A DNA stretch of 63,065 nucleotides, the filler included, from Polymyxa betae A26-41 (Eukaryota; Protista; Endomyxa: Phytomyxea): the NCBI GenBank assembly GCA_003693705.1. It is 8 parts of 8 records of this genome, joined end to end, with 100 filler letters (N's around TTAATTAATTAA, not from the genome) between each part and the next. Parts side by side here need not be neighbours in the genome. Positions count along the whole stretch, not along the records: positions 23,018 to 32,244 come from RBZT01000475.1; positions 32,345 to 35,064 come from RBZT01000069.1; positions 35,165 to 47,992 come from RBZT01000795.1; 5 more parts are not named here. The stretch is one strand, 5' to 3'. Below the pieces are notes generated by a model. That model saw only the letters and a program-made list of their open reading frames with translations. It made no database searches and was not told the DNA's origin. A program made the position numbers and the translations under genes. Positions 23,739-35,490 of the stretch are shown piece by piece (the first letter of the stretch is position 1; each line of letters starts with the position of its first letter).

Positions 23739-24822
23739 ATCAAGGCAGAAAGATTCGTGTCTTACAGCAATAGAACTTCCATTTGGAATTCCATCTCCGA
23801 ACCAATAGTGTATGATCCGTTGGTTACAATACTCTGTTAGGATATTTTCAATTCGCTGTCGCATTGGTGTTGATTTGCTAGGACCTTCATTAATATGTTA
23901 GATAGTTGATAATAGAACAAAGACGACTTACCATGAGCGAATGCATTCAGAATGATCTCTTTAGATCGTACATAGAACTGAGATGGGGTCTCATTCTTAT
24001 GTTCCAGCGTGATGACCTTCTTGCGATGTAAGAAACGGATCTTGACCTGAGGCTTTGGGAGATATTGCAGAATATCCAGCATTACCAGTAATTGATTATA
24101 GACCATCACCCAGCGAGACGGTTCGTTTTTCACTAAGTTGAAGGGTTCGTGATCTAGTAGATGTGCCCTCATGAGCTTTGTAGATCGATGGTTGAGCTGC
24201 TGGACGACATCCAGGACATCATTACTGTCGTCTTTGGCATTCAAGGTCATAGATCCGGAGTCATCAATCAAGAAGCTGAGAGTAGAATATGTCTGAATCT
24301 GAAGCAGTTTGTTCAGCATACCAATTAGTACTTCATATTTCTGGAACTTTCGGAAAAGCCCCTGCTGGATCAAATCCGGGTTTTGTACACCAAGATCTTC
24401 AGCCACTTTGGTCGTCGTTAAAGCGTTAACTCCGGACGTGAATGATTGCGTTGTGTGAGCATTTGGATTAGCCATTTGGTACTGCTTGATATCATCTAAA
24501 TCACTAACAATAGGAAGACGACGTTGTTTGCTCGTAGTAGAAGTAGGTCTCCTATTTGCATTACGAGCAGATTCGCCATTCGTCTTAGCATTATTCTTTT
24601 CCCTACAAACAGAGTTAGAATAAAGCACACGAGCATGATAATATGACAGAACCAGTCATCAATGGTCCACATCACTCCATCAATAAAGATGTATTTGTTA
24701 GCAGATATCGGGTTATTAGTTGGCTTCTCGGACTCTCTGGTCGTCGCCTTGGTCGGGTCGTTGGCCACAGTCAAGTAGCAGATTGTTGCAATAAACAGGA
24801 GATGCATCATAGTTGGCAACAT
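23739..24822 (-). pseudogene. Signal-peptide vWA (MIDAS) domain protein, truncated by LTR insertion
   Basis: MMHLLFIATICYLTVA start; LSFLIDDSGSM (DxSxS); after a GTAAGT..TAG intron, STPMR and YWFGDGIPNG; one frameshift near 24630. Confidence 0.7.
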
Positions 24823-26566
24823 GATCACAATCGACCTGATTCCGAATGAAGTCGAGGACTGTCCATGTCGGTATTCGCACCGCACGTAGTTAGACGAAGG
24901 ACATGAATGTGAGTGAGGACAGGAATCTGCGTGATTCAGTCGACTCATCCTGATCTTGAATTTCACCTCTTTCTCGGAAAAACACATGATATTGGGCTGA
25001 CCATATTTCACCACAATATTGCGACATCTCTTTTAGTAGAATTCTGAAAGCTATCCTCTCTCTTCTCTCTTAGAAATTATGAAGTCCTCCAACTCTACTC
25101 TGCTTTCAGACGACGTCCGAAATGGCCCAAGTTCTGCGAGTATATCAACCTGCAGATCTTCGGATCATCAACGCCCGATTTACTACTACATGGAGCCGCT
25201 GATGCAGGCGCCCCAGTGACTGAGTCCCATCAAGGTCGTCGTATCCAAAAAGGCGTAATCTCTATGCTATGTATGTTACATCAAAACATATGAACCCAAA
25301 ACCCGACAATTCCGTGAGGGGTCGGGCCCTGCGCAGGGGTAAATGCGTAGCCTACCTCACTCATATCTACAGATGGGTGTATTAAATAAATCCAATCCAA
25401 TCCAATTCGCAACTGGTCTTGTTCCCTTATTCAGGACATCGCTCTCAAGAATGGGTGGTTTGTACTTGGCCGTAACGCTAATTAAATCGATCGTATTAGA
25501 GCACGTCCGCTTTTCGATGAATGTGATGCTGTTCAACTCGGTCATTTCTATTGCTCCAAATGTCCTTTCAAGGTCACTTTTACATTCGCGCGCGAGAATA
25601 TGATTGAGACCAATGGCTTCAATCTGGATCACAATCGTTTTACACCACTTGATACACTGAACTGAGATTTGTCCAAGAGGCGGAGTTCGGAGCTCACAGC
25701 GGACGAGATAGCCTCGATTCTTAGGGTCCATTTGTCACTATTGGAACACTTCGCCGCAACCACCGAAATATTTCATAGACAGATTAGTGATGAGCGTGTT
25801 GATTCCACTTAGTAACGCATCAAAATCGATCCGCGATGGCCGAGCTGCGGAGTCATTGAGAATTTCTGCTCCTGTATTGGCACAAGGGATGAAGGGCCGA
25901 CACAAAATCTATTGCGCTGCGATCGAAGACCAGTGGTCAAAAGGCGAAGATTGGCTGCTTGTCGGGCTTGTTGGTAGATCTGATGTATATACGGTCGTAG
26001 AGCCAATAGCTACAAAAGTCCGCTGTTCAAATCCGTCTCTGAGCAAGTAGCTTGCTGAAAGGAAAGGGCTCTATCATAATAATACACGTGTCATATGCAG
26101 AGTCGAGTTTTGGACATTATCAACCCAAAACAATGTACAACCACGTAACTCAGCCTTCCATTACACATGTCGAATCTCCTTGTATATAAAAATTTAGAGT
26201 GACATTATCACATCGACAATCCTGATTATTACTGCTCTTTATATCAATCATGGACTGAAAAAGACGGGGACCTGGAGGCCGCTCGCAATCGCGGGAGGCT
26301 CTGTCGATGAAGGCCGCTCGCTCTTGGAAGTCAAGAAGTGTGAGGGAGGCCGCTCGCTGTCGTGGGACTCGAGGCCCGAGGGAGGCCGCGCTTTGTTGGA
26401 AGTGTGAGGGAGGCCGCACGCTCATGGAATCTCGCGCGATTTTTTTCCGCAGAGCCAGGATATATTTTTAGTATTTGGAATACTGTATATCCGTACGGAC
26501 TTGTCGTACCCCTCTCATCTTCAATCTCTCCATTTCCACGTCTCTCTAACGAATCTCATCGTTGTC

Positions 26567-29080
26567 ATGCTGGGCCACCTGAAACGCTACCGTCCGGCCG
26601 TAATCCTTACCGTCCTGCTAATCGCTGGCGTCGTCTGTCTCGTGGTTGCCCTTACAGGCCGTCCCAGCTCCGACAAACGTCACGAATCTAATGTACGTCC
26701 CATCATGTATTATATCTGCTCGTATTCAGTCCGGTCTTGCAGGCAATCTCGCAGTCTTCTAAAACCCCTTCACATGAGCCATCTGAGACTGGAAAAGTAG
26801 ATGGTATTGTTAGTGAACCAGTATCTGTTGAGCCGACCCCCAAAGAACCCGAGGCTCAGGCGCCTCATCCGGTCGACCCCATCCATGAGGTGGACGAGAT
26901 CAATCCGACCAACAATCTCAAGACATTGGCGAACGATTCAGACCAGTATTCCCTGTCTAATGATGATTCTAATGTGAAGGCATCCACCGATTCTACGAAG
27001 GGAAATGACAACAGACCCGACGAGCATGGTGAAGATCGCGATGATGAAAGCCCAGGCAAGCGTGATGGTCATGATGACGATGTCGCTCGAGGCGATCAAG
27101 GTGGTGATGACTTAGATGGCGACCAAGGCCAACAAGGTGTTGATGGTGGTCGTGGTGATCATGACGCCCTTGAAGGCTGTCAAGGCGAGCTTGACGGTAC
27201 TCAAGATCCTCCTGTCGGAGCTTCTCGTGAACTAAAGGATGCCTCTCGATCTGATTCGGGCGAACCTACCGCTCTTGATGACTCGCTTGACGAATCTGCT
27301 CACAAAACAGAAGTCGCCTCTGGCGCCGATTCAGAAGAAGGCGCTTTGCAGTCTGGTGAAGAGCCATCCGAATCCCGTCTTCAATCCCACGGTGAGTTCG
27401 GTATTATCTCACTTTAATCGTTATTTATCTACTAATTAGGAGGCAATGAATGCCCTACTTTTGTATCGAACGATACGGCTGGCAGCAACGATAACAAGCC
27501 TCTGATATCCGATATGAACGATTCTGCTCCTGATTTGTCGTCCAACTCTTCTGGTAATCTTCTCTTTCGCTCTTCGTTAATACTGCTCGACTCGATTTTG
27601 TCGAGTTTTGCTCTAGATCGGAATGTTTTTTTTTTTGTGATTCTGTCTCCATTCTCATTCCTTCATACGAGTGATTCATTGCTTTATTGAAGATTCTAAC
27701 GTGAGAGATGATCTGCTTCATGATCCTGTATCCAATATCACTAAAGATATTCTGGGCAAAACTGAATCTGAACACTCCGCTGCACTCTCGGACGATTTGA
27801 AATCCTCTGATGGTAGTTTTTCTGATGTTTTTTTTCTTGTGTTTTGTCTGACCGAAAATGTTTATGCAGATAAGAATGCTGCCAATCTTTCCGTTCCTAA
27901 CCCTGATGCTGCTTCCGACGACGTCCGAGCATCATCGTCTCTAAATTCCGATTCTATCGAGAAGCAATCATCACATCCTGATTGCGATGATTCTCTGCCT
28001 GACGCGATCAAAGACGGCAATGGAGCCACGTCTGTTGATGCTCCCAATCACCCTGTTCATGACGCAGATGAGGCATTGCCTTCATCCGACACCTTTCAGA
28101 ATATCGAAGCGCACGACATCATCGCTACCGAGACGTCTAATTCGCAGAAAGAAATGAAAGTCGAATCGGCGACTTCGGACAGCGTTTCGGCTGCAGATCT
28201 TTCTGTTAACAATGGCGCTGATGCCGCCACGGCATCCGAGCTTTCAAGCAGTGAGATCACTGAAAGCGAAGACGCTGCTGCTACCAGCAACGAGGTTTTT
28301 GATTGTTTTGATCATTCGCTGCCTTCTGACGATCACTTCTAGGCCGGTCATGATTCCGCTCTAGATGATGCGAAGTTTTCCTCACAAAATCAGAGCTCTG
28401 AAGGCTCTATTGAACCCGCGGCATTGAAATCGTTGAGCTCGCGTGATCAGGTCGCATTCGATGTCCTGATTCTGAGTCATGAGCTGGCCGCCGTTGAATC
28501 TGTTGTTTCTACCTTAATCGACAACATGTGGAAGAAGCTGATCGAATCCCGAAACGACATCGAATCAGTCGATCTGAAGCCGGTTGTAGCAGATTACGAA
28601 TCATTGATGAAGCTTGCTGAGTCGCAAGGCGTCTCGGAAGTTGATCTGAGAAGTGCTGCTGTCTTTTCCTTTAAACGAATGACGACCGCATCCAACCCTC
28701 TGCAGCTCAAGTTTGCCGATTTCACTCTGCGGAAAAGCTTCGACAAGCTCGGTGAGATTCTGGAGACGTTCTTCGAAAAGCGACGATCTGCTCTCGACTC
28801 GTCTGTTGAATGTTATATTTGCGACAAAGACGCCGAGGTGCTTCCTTCCAATGCCGACGCTGCTCTGGTCGCAGCTGTTGACGACATCGGTGGCGGTCGC
28901 CCGATCGTGTATTGCAGCAGTCAGAACGGCTGCGGGTGCCGCTTTCACAAACTCTGTTTCCATGATTCCATCAGCAATGGTCCTGATGGTCCAGCTCGAT
29001 GCCCGAAATGTCTCGCAATGTGGGCTCGTACTCCCGGCGGTGGCTATTTAGAGTCGTCGGACGAAGAAGACCTTGATTAA
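26567..29080 (+). CDS. Multi-exon protein: N-terminal signal/anchor, long acidic disordered region, C-terminal RING-variant (C4HC3-like) finger
   Basis: Phase-compatible GT-AG introns (26693-26742, 27392-27439, about 27554-27692, about 27813-27869, 28295-28342); AVILTVLLIAGVVCLVVAL; CYIC...CSSQNGCGCRFHKLC...CPKC. Confidence 0.75.
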
Positions 29081-31501
29081 TAATTTCTGAAAAAACGATA
29101 TCGCATTTTCTGGCCACGTCCGTAGATTGAGAAGAATCTCTGCTACGAATTCTTCGCTTATTGATGATACATTGTTTTATGCTGATATTGAACATGACCT
29201 ACAATCTTCATTCTATTTGCTGGCATCAATAACCGGTCATCGATCTCCTTCTCACGAGCAGTTTCTCGTTGATGTCGAAAACACGCATAATGTATTCGGC
29301 ATTTTTCATGATGTTGTAAGCCTGCAGAAAGCACCATCCCGCCACCCTGAATCTGCAGTGAAAACAGAATCAAATTTCCTAAGAATGGGACCGATAACAT
29401 CTCCATAGAGACTGTTGTAGTCCCCGGTCTTGCCTGAATCCAACCTCTTGCGTGTGTTTATTCTGTCGAGCAACGTCTTTATACAATATGAGTAGAGGCG
29501 GACAATTACGAGATATCCGTACATGAGATTTGGTTACATTTAGGCCGTTGTTGGCACCTAATTTGGCGAAGCCAGCAGAGACGGAGACTTCCAGAGCAGT
29601 TCCGGACGGAATACGATCTGAACATTGCTCGGACGCGGACGAATTTCGGCAGGGTTAAGGATAGTTGCCGAATGTGGAAATGGATTGCCTCAACTTATCA
29701 TGAAAGCCTGATTCCGGCTTCTGTAACGTGCTCATGGCGTGTTTGATCTCGTTGATTTCGTTACAAACTATCGGAATGCCTTTATCATTACAGCGACGGG
29801 TTGTTCGGAATCATCGACGGGTTGTTCGGAGTTATGTCGATAGTGATATCAGTGATGAATGGACTGCGGTGATATAAACTGTAGCGGTGCCATATCTGAT
29901 TGTTTGCTCGGAGTTGACGAATAAGATCGGTACTGGAATTGATGCCACAACAACATGAATGAAAGCGAAGTGGCTTTCCTTTTATTCAGACAACAACGAG
30001 ATATGGCCTCGGAGTCAATTCGGATTGGATGGTTTTGACAACAATGCAGAGTAGCGAGAGCCTTGATAGACTTTAACGTATAGTGTTATTTAGCAGGAGT
30101 ATCTGTTATAACTAACCCAGAAAATTATGTAGATTCCAATACGGACTCCTTGCAATGACGATCGTATTCCTGAATATAGGTGACAGCATGATTCTGTAGA
30201 AAATCAAGATGATCACATTGTTTGGCATTTTTTTGCCATCATCGCTTCTTCATAGAAGTAGATTCACTTTCACCAAAGGGCACCAATCATCGATTAGATA
30301 TCAGATTGATGTTTGAGCTCAATAAAGTGTTCTGGATGTGGTAATTAAGTAACGAACTGAATGATGGGAAAGGGTCATCTTATATTGTCCAAGTTACACC
30401 TAATGTACATAAGTACGAAGCTCTATCGGCTGGAAACGATTCAGAAAATATCGAGTTGTCATAACCGGCTGCGAATAAAAACCTGAAAACGATTGAAAAT
30501 GTCGAAGCGAAGCCGACTTTATTGACATCGGTTCCGCCCGGTTGAAACAAATCTGATTTCTCCCTTCTTATTTGCAGCAATCATCAATTGTGAATTTTGG
30601 CAAAGAATTCGGAAATGATTCTATCTGGAAGCGGATGGGAGATAGAGCCTTGTGCAGCAGCGATTTCTGAGAGGATAAGAGCACCCATATACGAGAATCG
30701 CTGCATGCCTCTTCTACCTAGACCGAACCTGCTGCCATAGAGCTGAATCGAGCCTCAAGAATAACCAAATACTGAGCCTCAACAGTATATCAATTTGTTA
30801 TGAGATTTGGTTGTTTGGATGTAGAAATCTCGGACTGCAATTTCAAGGATGATGGCGCAGGCCTGCAATCATTTTACATTGATAGACTTCCAAGAAGTCT
30901 GAAATAAATGTATTTTGTTGCAACCTGTGACGCTGTTTCAAGCAAGATTCCAACCATCAGCAATACGATGATCATCGCAGATCGTCTAATTGAAGAATGT
31001 GAGGTCCAAGACATCCAACGTTCTTGTAACATTGTAGCCTCTGAGCATAGCAACCCGAAGAGCACCTTAATCGAGCCGACGCTCAATGATCTTTTCAATT
31101 TCCCGCGCCACGATCGAAGTTATCTGTCAAGCGTGCGCGCCCTTCAAGCACTGAAATAAGGAAAAGATCGGCCCTCTGGCAATCTTAAAATGGAGCCGAT
31201 GCTTTTAAACAATGATATTCAAACCGTGCCCAATATGTAAAGTGATGGGGTTGACCCAAACGATCACCGAATGGGCACTAAATGTGACTTTTTCAAGACA
31301 CACAAACGCCGAAAACAAAGCTGTGAAAATATAGAACGAAGGTGATAGATTTCGAGGAAGTGGACGTTCATGAAATAAAAGTAGCCAGATTGATTGCAGC
31401 AGTTGGAAGAGACTATGGAACTGCGAGCGGCTGCACAAAGCCAGAAATTGGATCGAAGCGACGCCTCAATCAGAACAAAAGGATTTTTGGCAAAAAGAGT
31501 A

Positions 31502-31574
31502 TGCCACCAGCGTGGATCGAACACGCGACCTTACGATCTTCAGTCGTACGCTCTCCCAACTGAGCTATGTCGGC
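31502..31574 (-). tRNA. tRNA-Phe (GAA)
   Basis: GCCGACATAGCTCAGTTGGGAGAGCGTACGACTGAAGATCGTAAGGTCGCGTGTTCGATCCACGCTGGTGGCA; one acceptor-stem mismatch; T5 terminator. Confidence 0.93.
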
Positions 31575-31629
31575 ATCTGCTTGCTTATCGTTCTTCTGAC
31601 ATCAATTCTAATTGTGATCTTGTTCGACA

Positions 31630-32223
31630 GGTTATGGACCATCACGCCACCAACGCGATCTCAAGCAATCCCGACGCCACCATCGGCTTGGTGAACGTCG
31701 TCCCGATCATCGACAACGGCCACGATGCTCATGAAGACGGCACCGCCGACACCCAGCAGCGAGACGCTTCCTCAGAGGCCCCGCCCAGCGACAACGGCAG
31801 CACACCGCCACCCCAACATGGCAACGCCCAGCAGGGCTCGTCCATTCAGACACAGCTAACACAAAAAGCTGAAGCACGCCATGACGCTTCCACGTCATCG
31901 GTCACCAACGAGCAGCAACCGCAGCACAGCCCGGTCGTACTGGCCCATGGGATCAGGACCCCAGACCGGCGCCGACACCGGCTGACGCCCGACACGAGCG
32001 CGTCCTCCGCGGAAATTTCTCCGTCGTGGCGCTCTCTCATTAATCCAACAAATAATCGAGGTCCGCCTTTAAGCAGCTTCAGCCTCCTCGACCGTTCCGC
32101 AGGCCCGGCGCCGCCTATCGCCAGCCGGCCAAACGTACGTATATTCCATTGTCTGCCGAAACTTCACAATCCTGGAATGCCCGGCCGTCCGATCGCAGGC
32201 CCACCATCATGGATCACAAGTAA
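31630..32223 (+). mobile_element. Penelope-like retroelement remnant
   Basis: RIFHCLPKLHNPGMPGRPIAGPPSWIT matches the PLE RT motif FY.LPK.HK...P.RPI; preceded by a low-complexity leader. Confidence 0.6.
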
Positions 32224-32244
32224 TGAGAGGACGAGATGGGGTCA
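32224..32244 (+). repeat. Terminus of a collapsed repeat (likely LTR end); reverse complement at 58251-58270
   Basis: TGAGAGGACGAGATGGGGTC matches the reverse complement of GACCCCATCTCGTCCTCTCA; both abut gaps. Confidence 0.7.
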
Positions 32245-32344
32245 NNNNNNNNNNNNNNNNNNNNNNNNNNNNNNNNNNNNNNNNNNNNTTAATTAATTAA
32301 NNNNNNNNNNNNNNNNNNNNNNNNNNNNNNNNNNNNNNNNNNNN

Positions 32345-34417
32345 ATTACAAAACGTTCTGGATGTCTGGGTGTTCAATGTAATTCGAAGTCCCAAGTATC
32401 CTGTGGTTATTGGAATGCCATGGCTACGGAAACACAACCCTGATATTAATTGGGAAGAACTTTCGATTTCAATAACTTCGCCTGGTCGATTATCAGAGTC
32501 AGCTGATCTTTTCGATGAAGATTCTCTGGGATCTGATTCCATTGAATCGGACTCTTATGAAGATGATTTTGATGAGAACGATCAAGGTTCTGTGCTGTCG
32601 GAAAATGATTATTTTACAGTCTATCAAGCGTCTGAGGATTCTGCGAATGATATAAACAGCAAATCGAATGATTGTGTACCTGAAGACTATTCCGATTTTG
32701 CTGATGTGTTCGATAAAAACCGTGCGGATGAACTCCCCCGCATCGGCCATACGACTGTCAGATTGAACTGTACCCTGGTGAAAGTCCGCCTTTCGGTCCT
32801 ATATACTGTTTGTCGGAACCAGAACTGAAAGCTCTTCGTGATTATCTAAACGAAAATCTAACGAAAGGCTTCATCCGGCATTCACGTTCGCCTGCTGGAG
32901 CACCAATACTGTTTGTGAAAAAGAAGGATGGTACATTACGTATGTGTGTCGATTACCGTCTCTTGAACCGTATTACCAAACGGAATCGCTATCCGCTGCC
33001 ACTTATAACTGAGCTTTTTGACCGTCTGAGAGGATGTAAATTTTTCACAAAATTAGATTTACGATCTGCATATAATCTGGTCAGAATACGTAATCGAGAC
33101 GAATGGAAGACTGCGTTTCGGACTCGATACGGACATTTTGAATACGTGGTTATGCCGTTTGGTCTGGTAAATGCTCCTGTCACATTTCAACATTTTCTTA
33201 ACGACGTTTTCCGCGATTTTCTGGACAAATTTCTAGTGGTTTATTTGGACGATATACTGATTTACTCCCAAAGTGAGACAGAACATCGAGAACACGTTCG
33301 TCTCGTCCTAAAATCGCTTCGGAAGCATCATTTGTTTGCCAAAACGGAGAAATGCGAGTTCGGTTTACAAAAAACAGAATTCCTCGGATTTATAATTTCT
33401 CATGATGGCGTTGAAATGGATTCTAAGAAAATCCAAAGCATCACGTCTTGGAAGGAGCCAACTTCTGTGCGGGAACTACAAGTATTTCTAGGATTTGCAA
33501 ACTTTTATCGTCGATTTATCTCGAATTTTTCTGGCATTGTTCGCCCGTTAACCCGTTTGCTCTCGAAAACCTGCGAATTCTGTTGGACTTCGGAACAGCA
33601 ACTGGCTTTCGACCATCTTAAGAAGATATTCACAGAAGCCCCTATCCTTCGTATTCCAGACCCAACCCAGCAGTTTATTGCTGAAGTCGATGCTTCAAAC
33701 TTTGCAATCGGTGCCGTACTATTTCAGTATTATCAATCCGAAAATATCCGACTACATCCATGTGCTTATTATTCTAGATCGTTGAATTCCGCCGAACGCA
33801 ACTATGACATTGGGGATAAGGAATTACTTGCTGTCAAAGCTGCATTTGAGGAATGGCGACATTACCTGGAGGGAGCCCAACATCCGGTACTTGTTTATAC
33901 CGACCACAGAAATCTGATTGAGTTTCAGAAAAAGAAATCTTTGTCACAAAGACAGGCACGATGGAGCTTATTCTTCAGCCGTTTTGACTTTTATTTTTGT
34001 CCGCGTCCCGGGATCAAAAATGGTAAACCTGACGCTTTGTCTAGGCGTCCGGACTACGAATCTGCCATCTCCGATTCTGTGGAATCCCCTGATTTGCTAT
34101 TCCGTCCGGATAATTTTCGCCTTGATGATATCTCGTTACAGACTGCTCCAGATTTTGAAGACATACAGAAAGCTTGTTCTAACGACTGCTTTGTTGAAAC
34201 CATTACTTCACGTTTCAATGAAAACGGTGTTTGGGAAGATCCTGGCGGTCACGTATTTCGTTTACACAATGGAATTTTGCTTCGTGATGAGCGAATATAT
34301 ATTCCTGATTCTAACAATCTCCGTTTATCTATTCTGCAACATCGGCATGACTCTCCAGTTGCCGGACATTTCGGTCGTAATCGTACTTTCGATTTGGTAA
34401 CACGAGACTTTGGTGGC
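32345..34417 (+). mobile_element. Ty3/Gypsy (Tf2/chromovirus-like) pol: protease end, RT, RNase H, start of integrase
   Basis: VVIGMPWLRKHNP, LRMCVDYR, YLDDILIYS, DASNFAIGAVL, KELLAV..EWRHYLEG, HDSPVAGHFG; frameshift near 32740; cut by a family A LTR. Confidence 0.96.
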
Positions 34418-34965
34418 TGTTAGGATCGAGTAAAAAGTCCCCTTTTATTGGTTAGATAAGCGGTGCGATGACTCGGGAGCAGAGGGTAGGACGCGCGGGA
34501 CCGGTGTCCTGCAACGGAGCGACGTCATGGAGTCCTCGGAGGCGGAGCGGCGGGGCACGGAGTGGAGCGGAGAGAGGGTCGGAGTGGAGCGGTGAGGGGA
34601 TCGCAGTGGAGCTTAGGAAGGACGTACGGAGCGGTGCCGGTGAGACGGAGGCGGAGCGGAGACGAAGGTCGGAGGGGAGTCGGAGGTGAGGCAAGGCGAG
34701 AGAACGAAGCAATAGAGAGTCGGAGACGAGATGAGAAACGTATGAGTTTTGGAGTTTATCGGAATGGTTGCGTGGAGGCCGCTCCTCACCATTCCTAGTA
34801 GGGAGACGAGGGGACCCGCGCAGTCCGTGACAGTTAGGGCTCTTCCCCTATAGGAATCGTCAGCAGGGGCGCAGCCCTCTGCGCAGCCCCTCAGGAAGGG
34901 CCAGTACGACTGCCTGGTGGTCGGCTGGGCGGCTGCGAGTACTGTCATGCTCAATGGGCATGACA
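34418..34965 (-). mobile_element. Complete 548-bp solo LTR, family A
   Basis: TG...CA termini, AATAAA near the minus-strand 3' end; three other partial copies in the window. Confidence 0.88.
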
Positions 34966-35356
34966 GCGAGCAAGTGCTCGAGCAACCAATGCGGGATTAC
35001 CTCAGCGATCCATCAGAAACTAAGTGCATTATTGAATAAGTACATAAATGTGTTTAGGATTAGGNNNNNNNNNNNNNNNNNNNNNNNNNNNNNNNNNNNN
35101 NNNNNNNNTTAATTAATTAANNNNNNNNNNNNNNNNNNNNNNNNNNNNNNNNNNNNNNNNNNNNGCAGTTCGGCGAGCGTCACGCAGTAACAATTTTTTC
35201 CAAATGAAGGACGACCGGATACCGACCGTTCAGATATACTGTACGTCCAGACCTTTGATAAACCAAGAGTCTTGAGATATCGCATTTTCAAAAGGTTGCC
35301 AACATGTTATTGCAATCGAACTGAATCACCAAATATCGCGCAATTTGCGACGTTTA

Positions 35357-35490
35357 CATAACCAGATATTGATGAGAGATGGGATGGCTTCTCCATCACC
35401 GACACAAATGTCCGTAACATTCATAACCAGATCTTGATGAGAAATGGGATGGCTTCTCTTCATCTCCGAAACAAATGTCCGTAAACATTG
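35357..35490. repeat. Two-copy tandem duplication, about 66 bp
   Basis: ACCAGAT(A/C)TTGATGAGA(G/A)ATGGGATGGCTTCTC...ACAAATGTCCGTAA occurs twice. Confidence 0.8.

Noticed and set aside
25310-25350. Helitron-like 3' hairpin CCCTGCGCAGGG
   Set aside because: Followed by CGTAG|C rather than CTRR|T, and no matching 5' end was found.
29100-31400. Possible decayed minus-strand gene (also 2500-3700, 25340-26230, 35951-36780 and 43700-45100)
   Set aside because: Coding-like fragments with many stops and no recognisable motif; not supportable as features.
31394-32296. 300-aa ORF as one gene
   Set aside because: It runs antisense through tRNA-Phe and into the N gap; only the distal part looks like a Penelope remnant.
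34452-34954. Short ORFs inside family A LTRs (also 57845-58105 and 9367-9594)
   Set aside because: GC-rich low-complexity by-products of the repeat.
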